Positions 17,881 to 26,499 of a stretch of DNA of 37,394 bases are shown piece after piece. Source of the DNA: an uncultured euryarchaeote (GTDB lineage Archaea > Thermoplasmatota > Poseidoniia > Poseidoniales > Poseidoniaceae); assembly GCA_937897365.1 (NCBI GenBank), contig CALCOP010000094.1, positions 1 through 37,394 on the forward strand, in the 5' to 3' direction. The notes beneath the pieces were generated by a model that saw nothing but the letters and a program-made list of their open reading frames with translations, did no database searches and was not told the DNA's origin. The position numbers and the translations under genes are program-made. Every line of letters begins with the position of its first letter. Position 1 is the stretch's first letter.

Positions 17881-20800
17881 TACGAATTCCCTCCAAACAT
17901 GTCCGGGTATACGTGACGAATTGAGTTGTATGAATAATGACGACCGGGCGTGGCATTAACAAGACCGTTTCGTGCTGTATCAATAGCTCGACTTGAAGTG
18001 CGTAGACGTTCGGCTATCAGTGCTCTGAATCCATTCTGTACAGATGAAGTCGAATTTGGGAAGCGGTAGAGTTGTTGTGAAGAGGATGTTCGTTCACCCA
18101 AATCAGAGTTTTCAAGATAATGCGCTACTGATTCGTCTATTTCGAGATAGTGTTCGGTGGATTCTCCGATTTCAGTGACACCAATTCCGACCACCCTGTC
18201 GCCGGGGTGATGCAGTTCCCATGCTCGAGCATACAAAGCAAGTTGCACTTCATCAAATAATCCTCGGCGATGCCGATTACCTCTATCTCCAGATTTTGGC
18301 CCATTTATGGTCTTGAGGTCGCGAATGACAACCAATCGATTGGCTGGCGGTAATGGGTTGTCGGATAACGACATAGGGTCACTCACACTACTTGCTGATA
18401 GAACACCATCAGCAATGGCCTGAGCCAACATTTCGGGCTCAAGAACGACTTCGTCAACACGATCAATTCGACCTCGAATCTTGAAAGGTGATGGCTCCCC
18501 CTCATCATTGCAAGCGTCCAAAACAACCGGTTGATTACCATCTAAACCGATACCAAACTCACAGGCAATGGGCGCTGCGTGAGTGAGTGAAAAATCCGCC
18601 ATTAGCATTCGACCAACACGCCCACCGATAGAAATTTCAACTTCACCTTCCAAGTAACTTCGCCATACATCCGGAGTCACCCCCAACATCTCTCGGCATC
18701 GATGAACCGCAACTGCATCGTTACGAGTGAGCCAAGGTACCTCGTCTTCTAAATATTGTAAAATCGAAAGCCAAAGTTGGTCGATTGAACCTGAAAGGAG
18801 AGGAGAGGGGGAAGAGACAGGCGCACTCGCAGTAGGGACGCCATGTGCTCGAAGAAGAGCTGCCTCTGAATCGTGTAATATCGTTCCACGCGTCCGGTTG
18901 TCGAGATCTTCTGATTGCGAGTCTTGAGGTTGAACTTTGAGATGATTTTTCATCCATGATAATCGAGGGCATTCAAGCCAAGACTGTATACGACTTGGCG
19001 ACCATACATCGACTTCGATTGGTGAGGAAAAGCCCATGACTGAATTGAGGATTTCACTCTGCGTATCATATGCTGGAAGCGGTCGTGGGTCAATAGCAGG
19101 TCCCGTACTCCTCGAACCCTTCATGCCAAGATGGGGCCATTCACCGTGCTCGTTGCTACCCAACGACACTTGACCTTTCTTAGGACGGAGAACGAGCCCA
19201 TCAGTACTGACCAGATTCTTTCGCAAGCTCCAAGGCAAATACTCATTTTTCCCCAGATTCTTGTGTGTGGGTTGACGGTGTACACGGTCTATTTGGAGTG
19301 GAACTTCATGTGCCATCGCAACACCGTTCATGGAAAGTACACTTCCTGAGACTTGACTTCCATCTTTGAGAGCTAACCCTAGACGTTGCCTCTCATCACG
19401 TCCACGATGACCAGCACGCTCTCCAAAGATTGCCCCATTTTTTGCAGTCATTGTGAATGGGCGCGGAGTGAGCCAAGCGCCACCGAATTGGTCCGATGTC
19501 CAATGCCAACTTCGATGAGGATTGCCCGATTGATGGGCGGCCTCGGGGATAAAATTTGGTGCTGCTTGTAAGGAAATAATCTCTCCGGTTTGACGTAATT
19601 CGGTGAACCACTCAGCTAAAGGTGCGCTGGGCCCACCTCCTTCTTCCATGCTGGTGTCGAATATGATAACGGTCGATGCGGCATTCAACAAATGTCGCAG
19701 ATGGTGGCGTCCCTTACGTATTGTCAAGTCAGAGTGAAGCATGCCTAAGCGCAGTTTGGCGGGAGCGTCGAGCCAAGGTACGTTTGATGACTTCATAGGC
19801 CATGAACCAACATCTAATCCAACAAGGAGAATTAAATCAGCCTCAACCCCTTGTGCTTGTTCCGGTGAGAGAATTTGTATTTGCTTTCCTTTACTTCGAG
19901 AACGTGGAACCTTCGTTAATTGCAGTAAATGGTCGAAATAACTGAAGAAATCCTGGCCTCTTGAAGGAGGTTCTAGGCCAACTTTCTCGAGGATTTTAAC
20001 GGTTAATTTATGTGATTCGCGTAGATGTTGCAAACCTGCAATAGAGCGGTCGAAACCTGCAGTACGGTTTGATAGGGAGCTCCAATCGAGTTGCGAGAGC
20101 ACCCTATCAAGCCAATGAAAGCCGTCCTTGGGACGCGGAGGAAGGGGGAGTTTTTCGCCTGATGAGCAACCGAACAATTCGGATTCCAATACTTCTTGAG
20201 TGGGTGTCTCAAGAAGAGGATACCACATTTCTGCAATACACCGCAACCACCACTGAGTCTCTTCAAGCTCTCGAAGAGACCGTTCTCGATTTCCACCAAG
20301 CTGAGGGGTTGCCTGAGAAAGCGTAGCAAGCCACCTGCGTAGTGCACCTTGTCCGCCACGAACATGGAAAGAACGGGCGATGTTTTCAAGAACATGTATG
20401 TGTGGCTGAGGGCGCCAGTTTTCTTCGCTGGGATGCAAAATCTCATCTACTCCTCCATTGGGCAACGGAATGCTTTGATGCTCGAATAATGATCTTAACT
20501 TCTCAATAGACCAAGCCTCAAGGCCATCTCCAATCCTCATAATTTGAGCAAGTCCAGCGAGTGCAGGTATCTCAGTAAGAAGTTGCTGCTCTGTTCCGGT
20601 AAGGTATCCCAAAGACTGGAGTCTTGAAGACCACACCTTTCGATTACTGTCTGCTGAACCATCGATAATGAGGACTTCTCCATTTGAAGACTGACTGTAA
20701 GCGTGGAGTATCTCGAATGCAGCGTCAATACAATGATTTCGACGGCGAACATTGACTCTGTGATACGTTGTTCCTCGTTCAATTGAACGAGACGAACGCC

Positions 20801-21611
20801 ATGAATTAGGATTGCTGGATTGCCACACAGTATGTTGAGGAACCCAAGACGGGAGCGTGTCTTGTGTCACATAGTCCCAGTCTCCATCGAGCAAATATGA
20901 ACCGTGGTGACCGAGTCGGAACGACCCAGGCACACATAACTGGTGCACAGGTCGTTGTTGAGCAATGCATTGAAGGAAAGTCCGTTCTACTTCAGTAAAA
21001 TCAGGTGCAGAATCGAGAACGAATATTCCTTCTACATCATGAAGAGTAAAAGGCAGGTGTTCTGCTTTACCAATCTGTTGTATGAGTGATTGCAAAGCAT
21101 GGTGTGGGTGAGTGCCACCGAGTTGTTCTCCAACTTTTTTCAGAATGAAATCAAACTGTTGAGCACCAGGGTCTTCATCCCAGACCCAAGGTTCATTCAG
21201 TTCAGTCAGTGAACGATGGAGAGACAAGAGCCTCTCTGTCTGATAAGCGGTCCATTGTCGCTGTGCTTGTGGGGCAAACAGTAACGGCAATTCACCGGAC
21301 TCTGCAGCGCTCTTCGTGCGATTGTGAATCGAGAGAAAGAGCCCTGTACTGTTCGAAAGAAGTGGTGGGAGGCCGAGATCAAGAATCATAAGAGGAATGA
21401 GACGTTGTAAGGTAAGGTGGTGCGTTGTGTCAACGGGGACATTTAATTGAGCAAGGCGGTGAAGTATCTGGCTTCTACTGCCTTCATTTGGATAAAGAAA
21501 AAGATGATTGTCGCAGTCACCACTGCACAATGCGTCGAATAACCAAGCAGGGATATTGTCTCCTGAAGCAACCGCTTCAATCGAAATATCTCCACCTTCA
21601 TGGCCAGTCAT
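17880..21611 (-). CDS. addB: AddB/RexB-like helicase-nuclease subunit (degenerate helicase-like N-terminus without a Walker A motif, C-terminal PD-(D/E)xK nuclease)
   Basis: 1243 aa. No GxGKT is visible. AddB-like segment QILSPEQAQGVEADLILLVGLDVGSWP. Nuclease domain: WLECPRLSW, GTILHDSEAALL, GRIDRVD, VIRDLKT, QLALYARAW. It is translationally coupled to the addA-like gene, in the addB-then-addA order seen in Firmicutes. Confidence 0.7.
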   Translation of the reverse strand: MTGHEGGDISIEAVASGDNIPAWLFDALCSGDCDNHLFLYPNEGSRSQILHRLAQLNVPVDTTHHLTLQRLIPLMILDLGLPPLLSNSTGLFLSIHNRTKSAAESGELPLLFAPQAQRQWTAYQTERLLSLHRSLTELNEPWVWDEDPGAQQFDFILKKVGEQLGGTHPHHALQSLIQQIGKAEHLPFTLHDVEGIFVLDSAPDFTEVERTFLQCIAQQRPVHQLCVPGSFRLGHHGSYLLDGDWDYVTQDTLPSWVPQHTVWQSSNPNSWRSSRSIERGTTYHRVNVRRRNHCIDAAFEILHAYSQSSNGEVLIIDGSADSNRKVWSSRLQSLGYLTGTEQQLLTEIPALAGLAQIMRIGDGLEAWSIEKLRSLFEHQSIPLPNGGVDEILHPSEENWRPQPHIHVLENIARSFHVRGGQGALRRWLATLSQATPQLGGNRERSLRELEETQWWLRCIAEMWYPLLETPTQEVLESELFGCSSGEKLPLPPRPKDGFHWLDRVLSQLDWSSLSNRTAGFDRSIAGLQHLRESHKLTVKILEKVGLEPPSRGQDFFSYFDHLLQLTKVPRSRSKGKQIQILSPEQAQGVEADLILLVGLDVGSWPMKSSNVPWLDAPAKLRLGMLHSDLTIRKGRHHLRHLLNAASTVIIFDTSMEEGGGPSAPLAEWFTELRQTGEIISLQAAPNFIPEAAHQSGNPHRSWHWTSDQFGGAWLTPRPFTMTAKNGAIFGERAGHRGRDERQRLGLALKDGSQVSGSVLSMNGVAMAHEVPLQIDRVHRQPTHKNLGKNEYLPWSLRKNLVSTDGLVLRPKKGQVSLGSNEHGEWPHLGMKGSRSTGPAIDPRPLPAYDTQSEILNSVMGFSSPIEVDVWSPSRIQSWLECPRLSWMKNHLKVQPQDSQSEDLDNRTRGTILHDSEAALLRAHGVPTASAPVSSPSPLLSGSIDQLWLSILQYLEDEVPWLTRNDAVAVHRCREMLGVTPDVWRSYLEGEVEISIGGRVGRMLMADFSLTHAAPIACEFGIGLDGNQPVVLDACNDEGEPSPFKIRGRIDRVDEVVLEPEMLAQAIADGVLSASSVSDPMSLSDNPLPPANRLVVIRDLKTINGPKSGDRGNRHRRGLFDEVQLALYARAWELHHPGDRVVGIGVTEIGESTEHYLEIDESVAHYLENSDLGERTSSSQQLYRFPNSTSSVQNGFRALIAERLRTSSRAIDTARNGLVNATPGRHYSYNSIRHVYPDMFGGNS

Positions 21612-21740
21612 TTGCGTCGCCTCAACCTCACCACAATAGTCGACTGTTCTTGAAGGCTCTCGGCATATTTCCTGGAAAAAGGAATGTACTTTTTACGGAA
21701 AGTCGGTTTTTGGGCGATTTTGTGAAGTTTTCTTGCTTTC

Positions 21741-21748
21741 TTTATATA
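21741..21748 (+). promoter_or_regulatory. Candidate TATA box (TTTATATA) in the 354-nt divergent intergenic region
   Basis: This is the only strong TATA-like element between the addB-like start (21611) and the TFB-like start (21966). It lies about 218 nt upstream of the TFB-like ATG and about 35 nt upstream of a 23-codon small ORF (21783..21854). Confidence 0.35.
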
Positions 21749-21965
21749 CTGTGGAAGTGAATAGTAGTCGTGGTTCCCAAACATGAAGCATTCTTGTTCC
21801 GTGAAAAATACTCATGATGACCGAAAGTTTCAAATATTGGGCCTTACCATATAGATACGTTGGGCGGCAAAAACCGGCTGTAATGTTCATTTCGCCTCTG
21901 GCGGACGGTCCATAACACCGGCGGAAACCGCTCACGAATCCACAACAAGAAGGGAGTTTATTAAG

Positions 21966-23177
21966 ATGAAAGATAACAAGACAGGAAAAAAGCAAGAACT
22001 GACACAATGCGACGAGTGCTGCAGCAAAGAGCTGAAGAACGTACCCGAAAAGGGCGAAGTATGGTGTCTCGACTGCGGCCTTGTACACAAGAGTCAAGAA
22101 ATCGATGCGAACGACAACGGAGCCATCCTCTTTGGAGAGAATGCGCATTATCAGGCAATCCGAAACGATGCTGACCGTAATCGCATGATGGGTAATACTG
22201 GACCGAAGATGAAGTTCGGCTCTGCTGGCGTCAAAGACCGTCGCAAGTACTACTTGCTCGAGAAGATTGACCGCAGTTCTGTCCGCAACCCTCACCCTTT
22301 CGCCCGCAGAGTCAAAACGGTGATAGAAACATTGTATGGTCGTCATGCATTGCATATTCTGGAATACTTGGTTGAGATGTCTTGCAAACCATTATCTGCA
22401 GAGCAAGAGGCAATCCGTAAGAAGCAGGGCAAGTCAATGTACACACGCCTTGGTATGCCAAAGCAATCCATCTGCCGCAAGAAGAAAGGCATCAAAGGAA
22501 GTTCTGATGAACAAAACGCTGTCATCATTGCGGCTGCAATTGTTGAACTTGGCGGTGAAATTGGAATCATGCCTAAGTTTGACCGTCGTGCTACCATGGA
22601 ACAAAACGGTATCGTTCCGAAGCAAATCATGAATGCACGAATACGTATCCTGTCCCACTGGAAGGCACGCGTATCAATGGGTTGGGCTGCAATGCCCCCA
22701 CGAAAGAATGCGGACGATCGTCGCGAAGACGCCATTGTTCAAGCAATGGAACACATTTTTGACATGCTTGGAGACTACCTTGATGTCGCTGATTTTGAGC
22801 AGGTACTGTACGAAACTGAGGCACGACTGGCATTACTTCAGGAAGGAACAGGTGAAGCACTATCGATTAACATCGAAGAGCGTATGCTGGTATCGGTTGC
22901 CGTATATGCAAGCCTCACATCATTCGGCCTCCAGTCTGGAGCTGCTGACCTGCTCGCTGATGTCTTTGGCCTTACCAGCAGTGGCATACGTTCACGCTTT
23001 GACGCACTCGTGAAAGAATCTGAATCGGGAAAGTTCATCGATAACGGTGCCTTTGACATGACCGTTACTTGCGCTGAACAAATCAATGAGTCGCAGAAGC
23101 AGAATGCCTTGATAGCCAAGTTCCGCTTGGCCAGAGTATGCGCGAAGCAAAACTCCTCATCGCAATCCTCATCCTAA
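21966..23177 (+). CDS. Divergent TFB/TFIIB-family transcription factor paralog (zinc ribbon plus two cyclin-like repeats, non-canonical B-reader/linker)
   Basis: 403 aa. The N-terminal Zn ribbon CDECCSKELKNVPEKGEVWCLDCGLVHKSQEID (22008..22079) matches the TFIIB ribbon pattern CPxC...GExVCxxCGxV...ID. Two cyclin-repeat-like ends: AVIIAAAIVELGG...GIVPKQIMNARIRIL and LVSVAVYASLTSFG...GLTSSGIRSRFDAL. AGGGAG lies upstream of the ATG. Confidence 0.7.
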   Translation: MKDNKTGKKQELTQCDECCSKELKNVPEKGEVWCLDCGLVHKSQEIDANDNGAILFGENAHYQAIRNDADRNRMMGNTGPKMKFGSAGVKDRRKYYLLEKIDRSSVRNPHPFARRVKTVIETLYGRHALHILEYLVEMSCKPLSAEQEAIRKKQGKSMYTRLGMPKQSICRKKKGIKGSSDEQNAVIIAAAIVELGGEIGIMPKFDRRATMEQNGIVPKQIMNARIRILSHWKARVSMGWAAMPPRKNADDRREDAIVQAMEHIFDMLGDYLDVADFEQVLYETEARLALLQEGTGEALSINIEERMLVSVAVYASLTSFGLQSGAADLLADVFGLTSSGIRSRFDALVKESESGKFIDNGAFDMTVTCAEQINESQKQNALIAKFRLARVCAKQNSSSQSSS

Positions 23178-24094
23178 CTTCGTTAAGTTCTGGAATTACT
23201 GTTGCTGCACCAGCAACTGCAACACCTGAAGAAACGGGACCACTCTTCGGCGGTCAGTCATTTGATGCAAACCTGACAGGTACGACCACCGTTAATCTCA
23301 GCGACTTACCACCGATTGCAGAAGTCTATACCGCAACCTGGTGTTCGAATTGTGTTGATGTTGAGCATGCTCTTGAAAACATCGAGAACGAAACTCACCT
23401 TCAGCAATATCACATCCATCGTGCCATAAATGAGGCTCAAGACCCGCTTGGAAGTATTGAAATTGATCAACGAGTCCATGACAGATATGGTATACATGCC
23501 CCTCCTATGGTCATCATAAACGGCTCCCTGATGAAAGTTGGTAGCGTCACAGATTATGACTCACTTGAAAGTGAATTTACCGATATGACGCAAACGATGG
23601 ACACCTTCGGTCTTGGAAACCCCATGAACGGTACATCGATCTTCTCGTGGAATCCAACCAGTGCTACAACTGGCATGGTGTCTTGGGCATTGGAATTGAA
23701 TGGGCATTCACTTGACTCAAATACATCACATACGCTCTCTGCCTATGCATGGATTGTCGAACATTCAGCCAAATTCGAAGAAGGGACCAACGGATTAGGT
23801 GACTATCCTGATGTGGTTCGCGGAATTATCGAAGTGGGCAACATTACAATTGATTCCGGACAAATAATTGGCTCTGGCAATACGGAGATCTCCCTACCTG
23901 CAGCATATGACGGAAATGATTTGTCGGTTCATCTCATCTACCAATTCAACACACCAGTCGAAGAGCCTCTTGAAGAAGATCAAGAAGAATGTCTCATTCC
24001 AGAGGGCTGTGAAGAAGATGAAAGTCTTCCGGCAACTTCGCTCATAGCGAGCCTATGTGTTGTTCTTGGAGCAGCTCTGAGCCGCAAAAAGTGA
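23138..24094 (+). CDS. Exported thioredoxin-fold (DUF1223-like) CxxC protein with a C-terminal membrane anchor or sorting signal
   Basis: 318 aa. Signal peptide MREAKLLIAILILTSLSSGITVAAPA. Redox motif EVYTATWCSNCVDVEHAL followed by PPMVIINGS (cis-Pro-type thioredoxin-fold pattern). C-terminus DESLPATSLIASLCVVLGAALSRKK. It overlaps the TFB-like gene by 40 nt. Confidence 0.65.
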   Translation: MREAKLLIAILILTSLSSGITVAAPATATPEETGPLFGGQSFDANLTGTTTVNLSDLPPIAEVYTATWCSNCVDVEHALENIENETHLQQYHIHRAINEAQDPLGSIEIDQRVHDRYGIHAPPMVIINGSLMKVGSVTDYDSLESEFTDMTQTMDTFGLGNPMNGTSIFSWNPTSATTGMVSWALELNGHSLDSNTSHTLSAYAWIVEHSAKFEEGTNGLGDYPDVVRGIIEVGNITIDSGQIIGSGNTEISLPAAYDGNDLSVHLIYQFNTPVEEPLEEDQEECLIPEGCEEDESLPATSLIASLCVVLGAALSRKK

Positions 24095-24096
24095 TT

Positions 24097-26481
24097 TTAC
24101 GGGAAGAAACCGTTTCGGCCATCTCGTGGGTTCTGGTCTCGCAGGTCTTGTTCAAGTTCCCAGCGGAATTCAAAAGGCGCTGCAACCATCGGCGCTTCAA
24201 GTATTTCGGCATAATGCCACCACCATGGAGGTGCCCCTCGTGCACCAAGGTCTTGTTGAGTCCTGTTAAGCAAGAGGGTGAGGTCTCTACGCGCATTGTT
24301 ACGTGGATAGTCGCGCCGGACGAACTGGATGATGTTTTCATGCTGACTGTGTTCGACATATCCCAATAGCAATGAAAATCTTCGAATCATTCTGCGCTCC
24401 TGTGCGGTTCGAATAGTCACTGCGAGATGGCAGTGTTCAAAGGTTAGATTGCCACCATCGAATACAGCCATTCTGAATGTGGCTCCAATTGGGTGATGCA
24501 TGAGCGCCTCCCAAATCCGAGGGAAAACCTCGCAGTATCTTCGCTCACCGTTGCGTATGTCGCCAATCGGAAACTCGTTTTGATCTCGCCCGGGGTTACG
24601 AATAAACATCCACTCATTTCTTCCGCGCACCTCATTATACAAATTGTGAATATTTGGTTCCCGGTTATCTGACAGCATTTCATCAAAGGATTTGTGCCAG
24701 AGTTCGATAAATTGCGGATGAGGTAAAGCAGCATCCGCAGCTAAAGCGTGTTCAACCAACATCTCAGTACGATACGTGCGGGTCGCTCTGTTATTGTCTG
24801 CACCTTGCTGCCACATTCGCCGGTTTTGAGCATGGTTTCTGCGGAAAAGATGCATCATGTTTCGGCGCATCATGAACTCTCCCTGGTTATTCACGTCTCG
24901 TGTTCTGCTTTGTGGCAACCAGCGTATGTGTTCAAATTCTCTGGAATGGCTCTCACGGACGATTCGTTCAAGCAGCTGCACATCGTTTTGGTTGAGGAAA
25001 CGAAGATGTTTTTCGGTCGCTCTGGGTGGGAACCCTAATGGAGAATTTTGAGAGACATGGTGGCGAAGGCTGTCTATTTGCGCCGATGTGTTGATGTCGT
25101 CAAGTAACGACAGGATGACTGAAACGAGGGTATCTCCAAGTGGAACGGTCGAGTGAAAGTTTCCATCGTGAATACAAATGGGATGGGTAATTCGTGATTC
25201 AAGGGAATCGATAGATTCTATGATAAATGGGGCATTGTGAGCACCTCTACCGATTCGGACATCGTAGAAATGCCCTAAACGGCCAATGACGAGAATGTGT
25301 TCATCATGAACGAATACACGGTCTGGATTGCTATCGATAACCTCTCGCAAAAATTGTATTGAACGTCGCAATGGTGCGGATATCTGGACTTGGTTTATCT
25401 CATGACAGGACCAGTTACACTGCAGAGCATAGAGAAGTTCACCTGCGTTTGAAGTGAGAGGGGACAGAGCACTTGCAAGTAAGAAGGCCCAAATCCCTGG
25501 ATCTTCGGGGACAGAAGTTTTTCGTGTTGCATTGTTCTTTGAACGGACTAGAATTTTGAGTTTGTCGCCAACGATGACGAACGGCCACATCTGTTCAGAA
25601 TTGTTCTGCGTAGTTGCCAAATAAGAATACCACCGTTCAAGCCATGGAAATCCATTCAATCTTTCAAGCCCAGATGGATGTTCTTTGAAAGCATCACTGA
25701 GAAATTCCTCAAATTTATCTCGAGAAACCTTCCCTAAACGGTCGCGCACATCCCGAGCCCAAACCCCTATTGGATTAAGAGAATAGTTTTCTGGAGGTGT
25801 AAGATGTTCCTCTGCCATCCATTGAATCCAAGTAAAAAGTGCCGATGCTCCGGGTTTCTGAAGAGAGGGACGGAAATTGCGGCGGCGAAAATGCCTCGGA
25901 GCTCTCGCACGATCGACAAGAGCGATATTCTTGGTATTCAGACAACCAAAGGCTACGAAGAGTTTTGACAAATCCCACCCCATGCGCGCTGACTTTGATG
26001 CAAGAATATTGAGCATAGATACGAGTGGAATTGCAGCAGGCATGGTTCTTCCATTGACAAGGATGTCTTTGCCGACAAAAGAAATTTGCACGCCATCATG
26101 CAACAGGAACCCACTCACAAGGTGGAGGCGTTGTAAGGTTGTAAGGCGAACACCGTCAGATATTCGCTTACTGATAATCTTCAGTTCTGCAACAGAACAA
26201 GGCGAAGATAGTACGGGGTCGATTGTTTCATCATCCAATTTCGCCCATTCAACATCAGGCATTGCAGACGTATTTGTTTTGAGGTTACGCCAGCGTTGCT
26301 GGGATGTTTGATGCGCACCACCGAGAAGTTCTCGTGCGCGTTGATGTGCTGAATTTGGGACATTATATGCCCATTTTTTCTTTTTGTTATTCACAGTAAT
26401 TGAGGAACAGAGCCGACAAGGACTTTCCGTTGCTTGATGCTCACAAATCTCACAAACTGTTGATTGAGAGCGTCTCGCCAT
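24097..26481 (-). CDS. Large orphan protein, Arg/His/Asn/Trp-rich, with an N-terminal CxxC...CxxC zinc ribbon. Function unknown.
   Basis: The long uninterrupted ORF has a start at the ATG at 26481 (MARRSQSTVCEICEHQATESPCRLCS), giving 794 aa. A TATA box lies about 24 nt upstream. The longer ORF start at 26616 would overlap ltaE. I recognise no catalytic motif. One internal segment, GHFYDVRIGRGAH...ICIHDG...PLGDTLVSVILSLLDD, is discussed in the findings. Confidence 0.6.
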   Translation of the reverse strand: MARRSQSTVCEICEHQATESPCRLCSSITVNNKKKKWAYNVPNSAHQRARELLGGAHQTSQQRWRNLKTNTSAMPDVEWAKLDDETIDPVLSSPCSVAELKIISKRISDGVRLTTLQRLHLVSGFLLHDGVQISFVGKDILVNGRTMPAAIPLVSMLNILASKSARMGWDLSKLFVAFGCLNTKNIALVDRARAPRHFRRRNFRPSLQKPGASALFTWIQWMAEEHLTPPENYSLNPIGVWARDVRDRLGKVSRDKFEEFLSDAFKEHPSGLERLNGFPWLERWYSYLATTQNNSEQMWPFVIVGDKLKILVRSKNNATRKTSVPEDPGIWAFLLASALSPLTSNAGELLYALQCNWSCHEINQVQISAPLRRSIQFLREVIDSNPDRVFVHDEHILVIGRLGHFYDVRIGRGAHNAPFIIESIDSLESRITHPICIHDGNFHSTVPLGDTLVSVILSLLDDINTSAQIDSLRHHVSQNSPLGFPPRATEKHLRFLNQNDVQLLERIVRESHSREFEHIRWLPQSRTRDVNNQGEFMMRRNMMHLFRRNHAQNRRMWQQGADNNRATRTYRTEMLVEHALAADAALPHPQFIELWHKSFDEMLSDNREPNIHNLYNEVRGRNEWMFIRNPGRDQNEFPIGDIRNGERRYCEVFPRIWEALMHHPIGATFRMAVFDGGNLTFEHCHLAVTIRTAQERRMIRRFSLLLGYVEHSQHENIIQFVRRDYPRNNARRDLTLLLNRTQQDLGARGAPPWWWHYAEILEAPMVAAPFEFRWELEQDLRDQNPRDGRNGFFP

Positions 26482-26499
26482 AGCGTGAATCGTCTGCGA

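Noticed and set aside
21814-21960. Possible C/D-box sRNA (atgatga at 21814..21820) or tRNA in the long intergenic region
   Set aside because: There is no CTGA D box at a suitable distance, no terminal stem, and no cloverleaf or GTTCGAATC-type T-arm on either strand. The structured-leader possibility is kept only as a low-interest finding.
21693-22355. 220-aa minus-strand ORF spanning the addB/TFB intergenic region and the 5' part of the TFB-like gene
   Set aside because: It overlaps the plus-strand gene, which has a clear TFIIB zinc ribbon. It has no recognisable motif and a Cys/Arg/Leu-rich composition typical of antisense frames.
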